Positions 13,497-27,873 of a DNA stretch of 64,000 nt are shown here, piece by piece. Made by a program: the position numbers and the translations under genes. The notes beneath the pieces were generated by a model. It saw only the letters and a program-made list of their open reading frames with translations, had not been told where the DNA came from and did not search any database. The first letter of the stretch is position 1; the number at the start of each line of letters is the position of its first letter. Source of the stretch: Narcine bancroftii (lineage: Eukaryota); NCBI RefSeq assembly GCF_036971445.1, contig NC_091469.1:422778001-422842000 (forward strand), in the 5' to 3' direction.

Positions 13497-15010
13497 TAGG
13501 GGATGTCACGTAATGCTCTGGAATTAGGACATGGATTCTAGCTCTCCTGGGAAATCCATTAAAAAACATTCAGTTAAGAAATATTTTGATTGACTAAAAT
13601 TTGTTTAAAACACATCTAAATACTTATACAACACTTTCCAGCATGCCTCCTAAAAAAGACAAAGTTGGTGCTGCTGTAACTGGAACCTGACGTGACTGGA
13701 AAACAAAATAAAAAGCAAGGTCTACTGTCTAAGAAGCAGGGAGCTTGCAAACAGGCTGCTCCCTGGTTGAGTGATCCCTATGAGGGCCCATCTTTCAACA
13801 TCACTCTCCCACAGCGAACCAGGTAGTGACGTGGTGCACATGCGTGAACAATGGAAGCCTTCAGTGATGACGACAGAAAGTGGCTCGGGCTCACAAATAT
13901 CAGGCAGTGAAAGGGAGGAAGATGCAACAAGAGGTGGGTAAGAGGGGGAAAAAAGTACAAGAACTGCTCCAGCTAAATCTAAGGCAAAAAAAAAGACATT
14001 AATCTGTGGTCAAATGTAAAGGAGGAAATAGGTAGAGTAGGCCTGTAAATAAGATGAAGATAAATTACTTCTGCAATAAGAACAGGGAGTGCATAAATCT
14101 AGTCAGAAATGGGAGGTGGATCTGAATATTACAATTGATGAGTAAAGATGCTTGGACATTTGTCAAGATAGCATGACAAACACTATAAATGCAAGATATA
14201 GATTAGTTCAATATATATATTTTTTTACATCAGCAATATTTAACACCACAGAAACAGAATAGAATGAAATCAGATGCATCAATCAATGCTTTAGGTGCAG
14301 TGAAGAGATAGGTGCTTTTTTTTTTTGCATTCAACTTGATCATGTCCTAAGGCAAAATCTTTCTGGGTGGATCTACGAAACATTTTAGAACAAGCTACAG
14401 GTGTACCATTTCCATTAAATCCAGATTTAATTCTATTGGGAAAAATAGAAGGAATAAGACCAAAACTGAAATTGTCAATGTATCAAATGAATAGCATTGA
14501 CAGTAGCAAAGGAAATATGTTGCAGTGACTTGGAAATCAGATTTTATGTATAGATATGGGAAGGAAATCCAAAGCTGTATCCCTTCAAAGAAAATTACAA
14601 ATAATTTGTGAAATTAAATACCCTGTTTTTTTTTGTGAATTTGGAGTCCATATACACAAACTTTGGGTATAAATATGTAGAAATGTTCTTCCAGCCTCAA
14701 ATCCCATGTTAATTTTTTTCCTTAAAATGGAAAATGCTCATAAAACCTGTTGAATTTCAGTGTATTGGCGGGGGGGGGGGGGAGCAGAATACTCAAAAAA
14801 TACAATATTACTTCTTTCTCTTTTGATACTATATAATTCTTCATATGCATATATTATTCTTTAGAAGGGAAGGGGGGACTGAAGAGTTGGGAGATTATAA
14901 CCATCATGTAATGAATGAAAATTTATTTAGTTTGAATACTTATTTTACTGTATAATGATTTATTAATTACATGTATAGAAACATTTTTTAAATAAAATAT
15001 TCAAAAAAAG
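13497..15010 (+). mobile_element. Internally deleted L1-like remnant(s): 5' end at about 13500 and 3' end with A tail at about 15010
   Basis: GTCACGTAATG 5' motif, ATGCCTCCTAAAAAAGAC ORF1-like start, ORF2 C-terminal remnants, poly-G tract, AATAAA + A tail. Confidence 0.55.
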
Positions 15011-16009
15011 TTCAACCTCATTAACAATCTATGACACCTCAAATTGGTTATTTATCTTTACCTCTTATGGACGCTGTTCGACCTGCTGAAAGCCATGCTG
15101 ACTGTTCATATTCTGACTATGGCTTGACAAACATGCGCAAATCCTATCCCTCAATTTCTTCTCCGGTAGCATTCCTACAATTGCTAAGCTCACAAGCCAA
15201 TAATTTCATGGATTATCCCCATTTCTCTTTGTGAAAAATGGTAAAACATCAATTCCTTCAGGACTTCAACTGTTGCTATAGAGGATACAAAGATCTTAGT
15301 CAAAACCCCAGGAATATCCTCCCTTGCCTCCTTCAATCGTCTGGTTTGTATCCAGCAGGCCCCAGAGATTTATTCAACTTAACCCTCTTCAAAAGGCTAA
15401 CCATCATCACTTTCTTAATCTCACAATTTCCCAAAATGATAGCACTCTGCACGATGCTCCCTATCATTATCCTCCAAGATGAATACTAATACAAACTCCT
15501 CATTTAGTAACTCATCCACTTCCTCCCACCCCAAGCATACCTGAAAATACCCTTTGTCCTCGAGGTCCCATCCTTCCCCAAATTTAAAGATAATGGAGTT
15601 AGAATTATTTTTATAATTTTGAATTCAACCATGATCATACTTCTATAAAGGTAAGGATTTAAAAATAAACTTGCTGAAATTCTGAAACAACCGAAAATAC
15701 TGAAAAACCTCAGGTTATGCAATTTTTATGGAAAGAGAAACAAATTGGGTAGTAAATTATATGTGTTTATAGCCATTCATCTTCACAGCAAATACATGTT
15801 GAAAGTTTAACTTCTTTAGTTCTTCCCAGTTTGACAAAACCATTGTAAGACATAGTATTTGTAAGAAAGAGAGAAATTTATAAACATGGAAATGTTGTTT
15901 ATTCCTGAAAAAGCATGATGAAAGATGTCATTTTCACCTTACGATGTATATAAAAATGCTACATCCCAGTTACCTCCTCTACCAGAGTGGAAAACACCAC
16001 ACCATCAAT

Positions 16010-17570
16010 TGGAAAGCTAAATGGTCTAAGAGTAGATAAGTCCCCCCCCCAAGACTACATAGAATGCACCCTCAGGTTCTGAAGAAGGTAACTAGAGATT
16101 CTTGACACATTGGTAATGATCTTCCAGGAATCAATGGATTCTGACATCATTCTGGAGGACTGAAGGATCACGAATGTCACTCCACTGTTTAAGAGAGGGA
16201 GACAGCAAAAAGGAAATTTCGACCTATTAGGCTGATGTTGGTTGTTGGGAAGCTGTTGGAGTCTATTGTCAAGGATGAGATTAGGAATATCTGAGGTGCA
16301 TGAAAAGATAGACCCAAGTCAGCATTATTTCCTTATTGGAAAATCATGCCTGACAAACTTACTGCAATTTTTTGACGAGATCACAAGTTGGATCAACAGA
16401 AGAGATGCAATCGAAGGTGTGTATTTGGACTTTAGAAAGACTTTTGACAAGGTGCCTCACGAGGCTGCTTAACAAGATGAGAGCCCATGGAATTACAGGA
16501 AGGATACTAGCATGGGTAAAACCTTGGCTAATAGGCAAGAACAGAGTGGGAATAAAGAGATCCTATTCTGGGTAGCCTCCTATTACCCATGGTGTTCCGC
16601 AGGGGTTGATGCTGATTCTTTTTATGTTGTATATAAATGATTTGGATTATGGAATAGATGTTTTTGTGGCTAAATTTCCAGATGATACCAAAATAGGTGG
16701 GGGTGGGGTGGGTGAAATGATACCGAGGATACAGAAAGGCTGTAGAGGGACTTGGATTGATTAGAAGAATGGACAGAGGTGGAAGATATAATACAATATG
16801 GAAAGTGTACAGTCATTCACTTTGGGAGAATAGATGGGCATACAATTATTTAGATGGGGAGAAAATTCAGAGGTGCAAAGGGACAGGAGTTCTCATGCAG
16901 GATAACCTTAAGGTTAACCTCCAGGTTCAGTCGGTGATGAAGAAGGCAAATGCAATGTTGGTATTTCAAGAAGGATAGCACAAAAGATCAGGGATCTATG
17001 AGACATCATAGGGCACTGGTGAGACCTCACTTGAAGTACCACGTAATTTTGGGCATCTTATTTGAGAAAGGGAGTGCTAGCATTGGAGAGGGTTCAGAAA
17101 AGATTTACCCAAATGATGCCAGGAATATAAAGGTAAGAATATGGGAACATTTTTCGGCTCTTGGACGTTACTTGTTGGAGAGAAAGACGGGAGAGGTCCA
17201 CAGAGACATTTTGTATGGCAAAAGGTCTGGACAGAGTGGATATGGCAATGATGTTTCCCGTGGTAGGCGAGTCTAGGACAAGAGGGCACAGCTTCAGGAT
17301 TAAAGAGCATAAATTTATAAGTGGTGCGGAAAAATATTTTTAGTCAGATGGTCGCCAAGTCTGGAACTTTTTGCCAAAGGCGACTGTAAAAGCAAGGTCG
17401 TTGGGTATATTTAAGGCAGAGATTGACAGGCATTTGATTAGTCAGGACATAGAGGGCTGCGGGGAGAAAGCCAGAGAGTTGGGCTGAGTGGAAGGATGGA
17501 TCAGCTCTTGATAGAATGGTGGAGAAGACTCGATGGGACAATTGGCCTACTTGTCCTTCCATATCTTGTG
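16010..17570 (+). mobile_element. CR1-clade LINE, 5'-truncated (RT + 3' tail)
   Basis: GKSCLTNLLQFFDEIT...VYLDFRKTFDKVPH, ALVRPHLKY and GESRTRGHSFRIK motifs, plus a CR1-type tail. Confidence 0.9.
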
Positions 17571-17737
17571 AATACAACTGTATTTTCTACTGGCGATTTG
17601 AGATCCCTTCACAAATGGCATTTTTTGGCGATTAGCCCTTGCCATCCAAATAGATCTACTAAAATAAGATTAGTTAAAATAGGTCAAAAACAAAAAATCT
17701 GAATAAAGAATGAGGCCTCAACTCACAACAGTTCTTA

Positions 17738-17914
<177 letters not shown>

Positions 17915-18181
17915 TTAGATAAAATCTTTCTGAACATTCAGGGTGGTACAAACAAAGCAAATTATCAGTATTTTGAGAGAAAGTTGTGTCTTAATCAAAT
18001 GCACTGCAAGGAGTTTCTCAGGAAGGACACTTTGGATTTGAATTAAGACCTGCAGCCATAGAAATGCATTCAGCTATAACTAAGGATTTTAGATAAAGGA
18101 TAAAAAATAGTTGTGTCTAATTTGTCGTCTAATTTTTAAGTTTTCAGAATAGGAATTTACAATTACTGGAGGCACCAGTTA

Positions 18182-18645
18182 GTAGCCCCATTTAAATTGC
18201 AGCACCTGGGTAGCCATCCTGTAACCTGGGTGTGATCACTGGGGCAAAGGTTCTGGAAGCACCTTTTAAATGGCAGGGGAATCAACCCATTAAATCACCA
18301 ACCCGGCAATTTAAGGGGGATCCCACCCCCACAATGACACGTCGCGCACTCACCAGAGGTACTGACAGATGTTCAGATGCTGGCTGCCTGGTGACGCATG
18401 CGCGCAAGTGCTGACGTCACCAGAATAAACAGGCCAGCCATTTTCCTCTTCAAATTGCCTGTGGATGAGACCTAGTTAAGCTTAACTGGGTTCCCTGATT
18501 ACCTCTGAGGTAGGTCAGGGATCCAGTTGGACTCTGACAGGGATGACCAGGTCAGACCCTTACAAACTGCCACGTAGCTGGGGCACACTATCTGGTCAAA
18601 TTGTCTGGTTAATCCCATTTTACGCAGCCGTTTGAAAGGGCCTAC
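18182..18645. mobile_element. Non-autonomous DNA transposon (MITE), possibly Harbinger-like
   Basis: Ends GTAGCCCCATTTAAA and TTTGAAAGGGCCTAC are inverted repeats (12/15 match). The interior is more GC-rich than the flanks. Confidence 0.45.
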
Positions 18646-19244
18646 TTCCATGTTAAGCTAACCTGCTTTTCAAAGCAATGGTTAGATCAGACCAAATACT
18701 GTGCAGACCTAGATGAATCTCAAGCAAGAATATATAGAACACCCCTGTGTTTTAAAGAGGTGACATTCCTAGCAAAACCATTCATGTCATACCATGCATC
18801 CTTATATGAAAATCATATTTCCCCATTCCTATCCCAACTCTTCAGAGGCTTTTTCTTTTACCATCAAGGTTCTTTACATCAAGTTAAATCATCTCCCAGC
18901 TCTTGCATCACACTGTTTAAGGCTGATCAAATTCAGTACTTAAGTGCTCTAGTCTATCATTCTATTTCCACAAAAAGCATGCAAAAATCAAACAATTTGA
19001 GCATTCTCTCTTATCAGGGATGAAAATAAATCAACTATTCACATCAAATCCTTTAGCCGTCTTCTCCAGACTAAGATAATTTTTCCTGAAATCCAGGGCA
19101 GAATTTCACTTATCAGAAGTGCAAAAAAATTGTACAGACGAGATTTGTATACAAAAGATAAAAATGTAAACAAACTGTAATACAAAAGAAAAATAAATAT
19201 TCAGTAATAATGTGCCAAGCAAGTCCCTAAATAAGTCTCAATAG

Positions 19245-22200
19245 GAAGCAGTTACGCCAGCACCCTCCTTGCGCCTCACTATGCAAGATGGCACCGGCAC
19301 GGTAAGCCGCGATCAGAGGAAAGGAGGGTGAGACCGGAACTCAGGCCGCACGCCTGAGGACATGGGGCCTCATGGAGGCAAGGGCTCCGTTCGTGAGCGC
19401 GATAGTGTCGGAGCAGCCAGCGATGTGTCGCTCCTGGGCGCAGAGTTGGAGGACCTACGATTCCGGGCCCTGACGGAACTGGGCATGCGCGGAGATTCGC
19501 ATATGCGCGTTACACCTGATCGGGCCCAGGCTGTGGAGACGACTCTTTCTCGTCAGGCTGACAATGTCGGCTTGGTTTGGGAGGGAGTCAGGTCCCATAG
19601 TTGAGTGGCCTGGGCCGAGATAGTGACACTCAATTCAGGAGAGGAAGAAGTAGTTTCTTGGGACACCCGAGGAAGAAGCAGCAGCAATTCTGCAGGCTGC
19701 GAGAATTATACAAGGTAGGCCTCAAAGACTTAAATCTCCTTCCTTACAGACATTCCAAACTGTAACTGTGGAAGGGGACACGATATTGTCTGTGTCGGAA
19801 GAATTTATGCTTCGGATGGATAATATGGCGATACAGGTCACGCAAGGATTTAAAGAAAATAAGATGTAATTGACTGAATTGAGGGAAAAAGTGTCTGTAA
19901 TTTAAAAAGACGTAACTAAATGTCTACAAGCAGTGGATGTGGTGCAGGATGAATTTACAAAAATTAAGCGGGTGTTTTGTGATTGCAATGATAAAGTGGA
20001 GAGATACACACAGAATGGATTATGTGGAGCATTATATTATGGGCTGGGATATAAAAAAACAAGAATTTTTGAAGAAAATTGACACATTGGAGAATCAAAG
20101 GTGGCGTAATAATGTTAAGATAGTTGGATTGCTGGAAGATATTGAAGGAATGGATTCCAGAGATGTTGGAAAAGGATGCATTTCCGGAAGGATTCGAATA
20201 ATTGGATAGAGTACATCGGGCGATACGGTGAAAGCCTTTTCCAGGTCAACCGCCACGTGTGGTTCTTATTCATTGTCTATGATATCAAGACCATGAGATG
20301 ATATTATGTTTGACAGTGCAGAAGGCTTGTCAGAATCAGGGACCTTTGGTGGTTCAGGGTAATAGAGTATTTTTCTATGCTGATTAAGTCAAGACATTAT
20401 AAAGAGATGTAAAGAGTTTAATCCAGCTAAGGCAGTGCTATGGAAGAAAGGTTACAGATTTGCTTTTAGATATCCAGCTGTGTTGAAAGTGTTTTATGGT
20501 AATTTGCAAGATCAGTTTTTCGAAGCCAAAGCTGAAGCTTTAACTTTTGCTAATTCTTTACCAAATAATCCACATAGCTTTGAGTTGCAGAAACAATCAA
20601 AATCGCAGAGATTTCCAAAGAGGAATGGGAATGGCAATGGCAGGAAGAAAGCAGAAAAGCAACAATCAATCGAGATGGGAGACGATGGTCAGGTTGTGGG
20701 TGCTGCTGGTGTTGTGGATCAAGCAGTTGGTGTTATGGGAGTTGTGGACTGAATTTTTAATTATGAGTAAGTGTTTTTTTTCCCCTGATATTGGAATATC
20801 AGCAGGGCAGGGTGGATGGCTCTGTTTCTTCCTGTTATCTGTCACTAGTGGTTTTGACCACACCCAGATAGTAGAGCGGGGTACCACTTGGTGGTGGTAT
20901 TTTTGTTTGTTTCTGTTTGGGGGGGGGGTTATTATTTAGGGTGGGATTTTTAAATTTTTTTTATATTGGTAGATTTTAAGGGTTTTTTTCTCCTTTGGAG
21001 TTTATATTTCATTTTGTTGTGTTGGGTGCCACTTGGGTGGGGGGGGGGGAGAAAAGAATGAGTAAATTGAATTTTGTGACATTTAATGTCAAAGGGATGA
21101 ATCATCTGATAAAAAAGAAACGTGTGTTGGACTATATCAAGAAGATGAAGGTGGACATTGCATTTTTACAAGAGACTCATTTGACAGAGAAAAAACAAAA
21201 TTGAAATGAGATTGGGTCGGAAATGTGATAGCATCTTCTTTTCATTCTCAGGATCGAGGAGTTGCAATTTTGATACATAAAAAAAGTGCCTTTTGTTTTC
21301 TAATCTTTTTCTGAGAATGCAGGTAGTTTTGAAAGTTAACTGCAAATTATTTTCAGAAGTTTGGACTTCGATGAATTTGTATGCACCAAATGAAGATGAT
21401 GTACAGTTTGTTACTGATGCATTCTTGCATTTGAATCATTCAAATGAGAACATTATGGCTGGAGGGGATTTTAATTGCTGTTTGGACCCACTATTGGATA
21501 AATCTCCAAAAATTGTGAAGAAAACGAGAATGGCAGAAAGAATAATTGATTTGATGGCTGATTTAAATTTAGTGGAAATATGGCAAAGGATAAATCTGGC
21601 TGAGAAGGATTTCTGATTTTAATTCAGCATGTCATGATTAGTTTTCAAGAATAGACTTTTTTGGTATCAGCACATTTGCAGGGTAGAATTGGACAGGTGC
21701 CGTATAAAAGTAGGATTTGTCAGATCACTCGTTAATTTCTTGTAATGTTGCTGAGATGGTGGGAAACAGTTATCGTTGGAGATTTAATTAGATATTATTA
21801 AAAAGACCTGAATTTATTATGTTTGTAAGAGACCAGATTAATTTTTTTTTAAACAAATGAGGGATCAGTTCAAAGTAAATTTACGTTATGGGAGGTGTTG
21901 AAAGCATATTTACAGGGTCAAATCATTAGCTATACAGGAAGAGTGAAAAAGCAATACAACGCAGAAATTCAAGATCTGGAAAAAGAGATTGCAGCATTAA
22001 AAATGTTTCAGAAAAATGCAAAAGACAAAAAGATATAGTTGTCTAAATTGAAGCTTCGTTATATAATACAAAGCAGACTTACAATTATGAAAAAATTATT
22101 CAGCGATCAAAACAGTGTTATTATGAGTTGGGTGAGAGAGCACACAAGGTTTTAGCCTGGCAGCTGAAAACTGAACAAGTGTGTAGAACGATCAATGCAG

Positions 22201-24870
22201 TTGGGGGAAGTCGGGGATAACATATAAATCACAAGATATTAATGATGAGTTCCGTATATTTTAAATCGGGACTCTTTTCTATCAAATTTAGAGGAAGAAG
22301 ATATTAAGATATTAGATGGCTCATTTACTGATTTGGAAAATAAGGAGGCGTTACAATCCATGCCAAGTGGAAAATCACCTGGAGAAAGTGGATTTACAAC
22401 GGACTTTTATAAAGAATTTTATGATTTGTTATTTCCAGTATACTGATGTATTTAAACAAGCCACTGATAAAAGTTTATTTTCAGAGTAGTTTTCAAGGGC
22501 ATTAATAACACTTATACCAAAGAACGACAGAGACCCATTAAAAGTAGCGTCATAAAGACCAATATCTTTATTGAACATAGATTATAAAATTGTAGCAAAA
22601 GTTTTAGCAAACAGACTAGCTAATTGTTTACCGAAATTAGTACATTTGGACCAAGCAGGATTTATTAAGAATAGGTATTCGGCTGATAATATTACTAAAT
22701 TAATTACAATAATTAATGCTTCAAGACAACAACTCAACCAAGCAATGATATTAGCGCTAGACGCAGAAAAGGCCTTCGACCATGTGGAGTGGAATTTTTT
22801 TTTTATTTAAGGTGTTAGATATAAATTTGGACCATTCTTTATTGGTTGGGTTAAGGCATTATATACTAATCCTTCTGCTCGGGTGGTGATGAATGGACAG
22901 ATTTTGCAGGTATTTAATTTGTTTAGATCAACTAGACCGGGCTGTTCATTATCGCCAGCCTTATTTGCATTAGTAATAGAACCTTTGGCACGAAATGAAT
23001 ATTAAGGGTATTACAATTGGTGGGAAAGAGTATAAAATTAATCTGTTTGCAGATTATATATTTGTCTCAACCTAAGAACTCTAGAACCATTACAAAATTT
23101 GTTGAAACAATATGGGGTAATGTCAGGTTATAAAGTAAATTGGAATAAAAGTGAGATATTACCAATATCAGATGGCGATTATTCAGACTGTAAACAACTT
23201 ACGAAGTTTAAATGGACAAATAAAATTCAGTATTTGGGTGTAATAGTGGATAGAGTATCAAAATTTATACAGTTTAATTTATATACTGTTATTAAATAAG
23301 ATTAAGTCTGATTTAAATAGATGGACGAAATTACCGTTAACACCGATTGGACGGTTAAATTGTATTAAACTGAATATATATCCTCGTATTCAATACTTGT
23401 TTCAATCCATTCCAAGTGCTATACTGGGAAAGTTTTTTTTAAGGAATTAAATAAAGCAGTTCATTTGTTTTTAATGGAAAGGCACATTATCAAGAGTTTC
23501 AATGCAGAAATTGACAGGGATATGACTTGGGAGGTTTTCAATTACCACATTTTCAAAATTATTATCAAGGAGCACAATTAAAGTTTATTAATAGGCTGTT
23601 TGATATTGATCAGCCTCCGATGTGGGCAAAGGTGGAGATGGATCAAATTCAGGAAAGATCAATGTATCATTTTATATATAAACGGGATCCCTTGCTTCTA
23701 TAAAAGCATAAACTGCCAGTATTGAAACATTTGATCGGGATATGGTATAAGTGGAATCAGCTTATAGGATCGAAAGGTAAGATTTCAGCTAAAACACTTA
23801 TATCAGAATCAGCTAATTCCATTTTCTAAGAATAATCCCTATTTGAAGGATTGAGAATCAAAAGGAGTGATATTAATGGAAGATTGTTTTGACCTAGGTT
23901 CAATTCTCTTGTTTGACAGACAGAGAGAAATTTGATATATTACCAAATACTCTATTTGCTTATTATCAAGTACGAGATTTATTATTAGAATGCTTTGGTA
24001 GAGAGATATTACCTGGGCAAATGAAATTTGAGAGATTAATTATGGATAAAGGAAAAAAGGGCTTTCTTGGTTTCAGAAATATATTTGCTACTACAAAGAT
24101 GAAAAAGGTAGATATATATATAAAGTAAGGAATAAATGGGAGAAAGATTTATCTATTCCTATTTTAGTGGAGGAGTGGTCTGATTTATGTTTGAATAGTG
24201 TTACAAAATTAATTAATGTACGATATAGTTTAGTTAATTATAACTTTCTTCATCAGTTATATTTAACTCCAGAAAAATTGAAAAAGTATGGATAAAGTGG
24301 GTCAGATTTGTGTTTTAGATGTGGCGATCAGTTAGGGACTTTTTTTAAAATATATTCAGTTTGGGAATGTAGGATGGTTAAGCCTTTTTGGGAAAAAGTT
24401 ATTAAATTTTTGTGGAGATTTATTCCAAATAGATTTATATGTGGATCCATGGGTATGTTTATTGGGATACATAAATACAATTACGGAAAATTTATGTTTG
24501 GAGAAACCTCAAATTCCATTTATTCGGTTGGGTTTAGCGTGTATAGGTGTAAGATGGCACAATGAAATTCAGCCATGTATTTATTTAGAGAAAATAACGT
24601 ATAACTTAAATAACTATTCTTTTATTTATTAAGGTGTGGAGTTTGTACTTTGAACGTATGGGTCTAGATGTTAAGTAAAAGTTTTATACGTGATGAGAGA
24701 TGTAAAAGGGTGTCACGCCACATAGCAACTTGTTATAATTTGATGTTATTGTGTTTTTTTTAAATTAGCTCTGAGGGTGTAGTGGGTGGGATAGGGAAGG
24801 AGGAGGGTAGCTTTAGATTATTTGGTATTTTTTTTAATTCTGTAAAAATTCCTAAATTAAAAAGAAATAA
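19245..24870 (+). mobile_element. Near full-length but decayed L1-clade LINE (CpG-rich 5'UTR, ORF1, ORF2 from ATG 21058 to about 24678, A-rich tail)
   Basis: ORF1 motif LENQRWRNNVKIVGLLEDIEG and FAFRYPAVLKV. ORF2 MSKLNFVTFNVKG...[40 protein letters not shown]. Numerous stops and frameshifts. Confidence 0.92.
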
Positions 24871-26350
24871 ACCAGAGGAATGAAGAAATTGGCCAAAGAT
24901 TTTTTTTTTAAAAAGTAATTATTAAGAGATCCAAATCACAACTCAATCAAAGAGGGGAAGAGGTAAATCTTACAGTGAAGGAAGTCTATGATTGGTTGGG
25001 AAACAGAGTACAAGAATAGCTCTTCAGCACAATTCATGGGCTCGAGCACAGCTACATGATTCTTCCTCATTTCCATCACCTTTACCTTTCTGCACATAAA
25101 TTATTAGTCTTTCATTTGACTCCATCACAGGCATGTGCAAGCTGATTATGACCATACAAAACCTCTATAGCTTCCAATCAGATCAATGATTGGACTTAAC
25201 AAATGACTTGCTTGCCAGCTTTTCAACAATTACTTTTCAATCACTGCATCTCAAGGAGAACATGCCCTCAAAACACTGCATTCAAGCTTTATTTCAAGTG
25301 CATATTTCAAATTTTGTGACTTGTCAATTTCACCATGTAGTTAAAATTAAACACATTAAAAACCCATTCAATCTCAAGTAACATTTGACAACCCTAATCA
25401 CTGCAAACTGATTTTCAAAATTCAAAAAGCAAAAAGAATACAATTAACTGAGGCATACGAGTGGGTGCAAATAAAAAGTAAATTGGTAAAAGAATCTACA
25501 CAACCTCGGACATACTTCCCAATTGCCTAGTTTCTCACTGGTGAAGTGGAATAGTGTTACACAGACAGTAACCATTTTCTGTTATGTCTGAATCCATATC
25601 CAGTCAATCAACATCGAGGCACCACTCCGCCTCTCCAGCCTATTAATCAGATGTGAGCCCATCAGCCACAGCACGCATCAGCTCCTGCTAAGTAGAGCAG
25701 GTCATAAAACTGCAGCACCTCAGTTTCACTTTTTCTTTGCCATGTAGTCACAGATAAGGGACGAGAAACCCCTTAGGGTATCGCTGTAGACACAGCTGAT
25801 ACCAGCATTGTAGCCGTACTCTCAATTATCAGGGATACAGGAACATGTATACTCCTGTAGGTAGCTCATGTGAGGGGTACCCTCCATAGTCAGAATCCTT
25901 CTTTCCCTACAGGTATATTCCGGGGTTGTTCCCCCTCCTCTCTCCTGAAACTGCTTCTGTTTGCATTCTGCTGTTAAGTTTAGGTTCCAAGTGTTTGTAA
26001 ATTTCTAACTCCTTTGTGCTATCAATTGCTCCTGATCTGCCACTGTATTGCTGTGTTAGCCATCCTGTTTGTTTCTGTGTTAATAAATCCTTTAGATATC
26101 CACTCTCCGTGTCTGGACTCATTTCCTTCTAGACACCAAACAAATGTCAACACAACAATTGAAATAACTAAGGCCCCAAATCAATACAGAGCACTTATTT
26201 ACAAAACTCAAGATACACGGCCAAGGAGAAATAGCGTATTAAAAGACAGTTTGACAATGAAAGTTAAATTCCTAACTCTAAATCCAAGTAAATAATAAAT
26301 GCATCAGCTGATTCAGTGCTGAAAATAGCAAATAAAAAGCAATGCCTTAC

Positions 26351-26516
26351 TGGATCCTTTTTCTTTTTCGGCTTGTTTTCTTCACACTCGTTTTCTGAGA
26401 GAGATTTTCGTTTGAATCCATCAGAACGCTCCTTCGTAGCCCTCTGGGAATCTAGAAACTCCTGGATCAATTCTGGACAATCTAAATTGTCCTCTGGCTC
26501 CCATGTATTGTCAGCA
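26351..26516 (-). CDS. CBX3: CBX3 coding exon 2: chromodomain end + hinge (KRKSLS)
   Basis: Boundaries ctgttttag|T...GATCCA|gtaagg. 166 nt encoding (D)[55 protein letters not shown]. Confidence 0.96.
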
Positions 26517-27094
26517 CTAAAACAGATTCATATTAGAATCAAGTAAATGCTTACTCAGAATACAGTGAATCACATTAATAGGTTAATTATAAAAGCAAAT
26601 ATAAACACAAAGAGCAGATCCTACCCATCATCTTTGCATGGGACAAAGATGTCTAAATAGCACCCAAATCAGCTCTTAACAAAAATGCAAGAATGGATTC
26701 AAAAATATCAGAAATAAATCCTATTTCTCCATAACCATCTCAAATAAACATTTAATCAACATGTCAATTAAACCCCTTAGGCTCTACATCTTGATAGAAG
26801 CTAACTGCCACAAATACAGCAAAGCAACCAAACCAGCAAAATGTTCACCGGCTTTCAAAAAAAAAGCCAACATTCAGGAACTGGCAACATAATCTCTGCC
26901 TCATTAAAAACAAAATAATTCACCTTCTTTGGAATGGCAGTTATAATTTTTATAGCTCTGTCATTTATTAAGAACAATTCAAAAAATACAACCAATTTGA
27001 AAACTTGCATGATACATTTCTGGAATAAACACCAGACGAACGTTCACTTTTACGTTGAAAGGTCGAAGCATTCAACTGGCATTAAGCCAATGGA

Positions 27095-27873
27095 AGTTAC
27101 TGCACTATGAGAAACTTACTTGAAGTTGTGAGAGTATTTAGAGGTGGGTTGATATGAATTGCTAGAGTAGCTTGCACACACATTTTAAAAACAGATTTTT
27201 TGCAAGACTTTTGCAGATTGCTTTTTTCAAAGTGAGCAACAAAGTTGCAGAATACAACTTGACTGGGAGAGCATGTGATTTTTGCAGGCAGCGAGAGAAC
27301 AGTTTTGCTCTCAGAGAGGAAGGGAATGAAACAGAGAGGAGACACAGAAATCAGTTCCTGAAGGACAAAGCTGGCAAACTTTTGGAAGGCCGTCTGGTCG
27401 AAGGAGAAAACTAGCTGTCTGAGGTGACCCGAAAGAAAGAGGTTCATCTGGAGAACCCTGAAGGGGGCAAGTTTCGTTAGCAAGACTGATTGGAAAGGAA
27501 TCAGGTGCAGATGTCCTGGAACAAAAGCAATCTCTCTCTGAAAGCCAACAAGAACCCTCCTAAGTGGTAACCATTTGCCTGTTAAACACCAAAGCCTGGT
27601 GAATATTGTTAATGCTAATTTCTGTGCTCAGTACAAAAATTGTCTACAACCAGTGAGATTGGACTGTGCTCCAAAGAACTTTTCTAATCTTAAATATACA
27701 TTACACACACTTGCGCTTAGTGTCGGGGGAATTAAATGGGTTAAGTAATAAGTTAAAGTTTCGTTCTGTTTTCTTATTCAATTATAATTAAAAACTACTT
27801 TTGTTTAAGTAACCCTGTGTTGTGGTGCATATCTATTCCTGCTGGTTATTGGGGTCCTCTGGACTCCGTAACA
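27095..27873 (+). mobile_element. Probable solo LTR
   Basis: Begins (A)GTTAC and ends GTAACA (inverted LTR-type termini), about 780 bp, with ATTAAA near the 3' end. No clear TSD. Confidence 0.45.
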
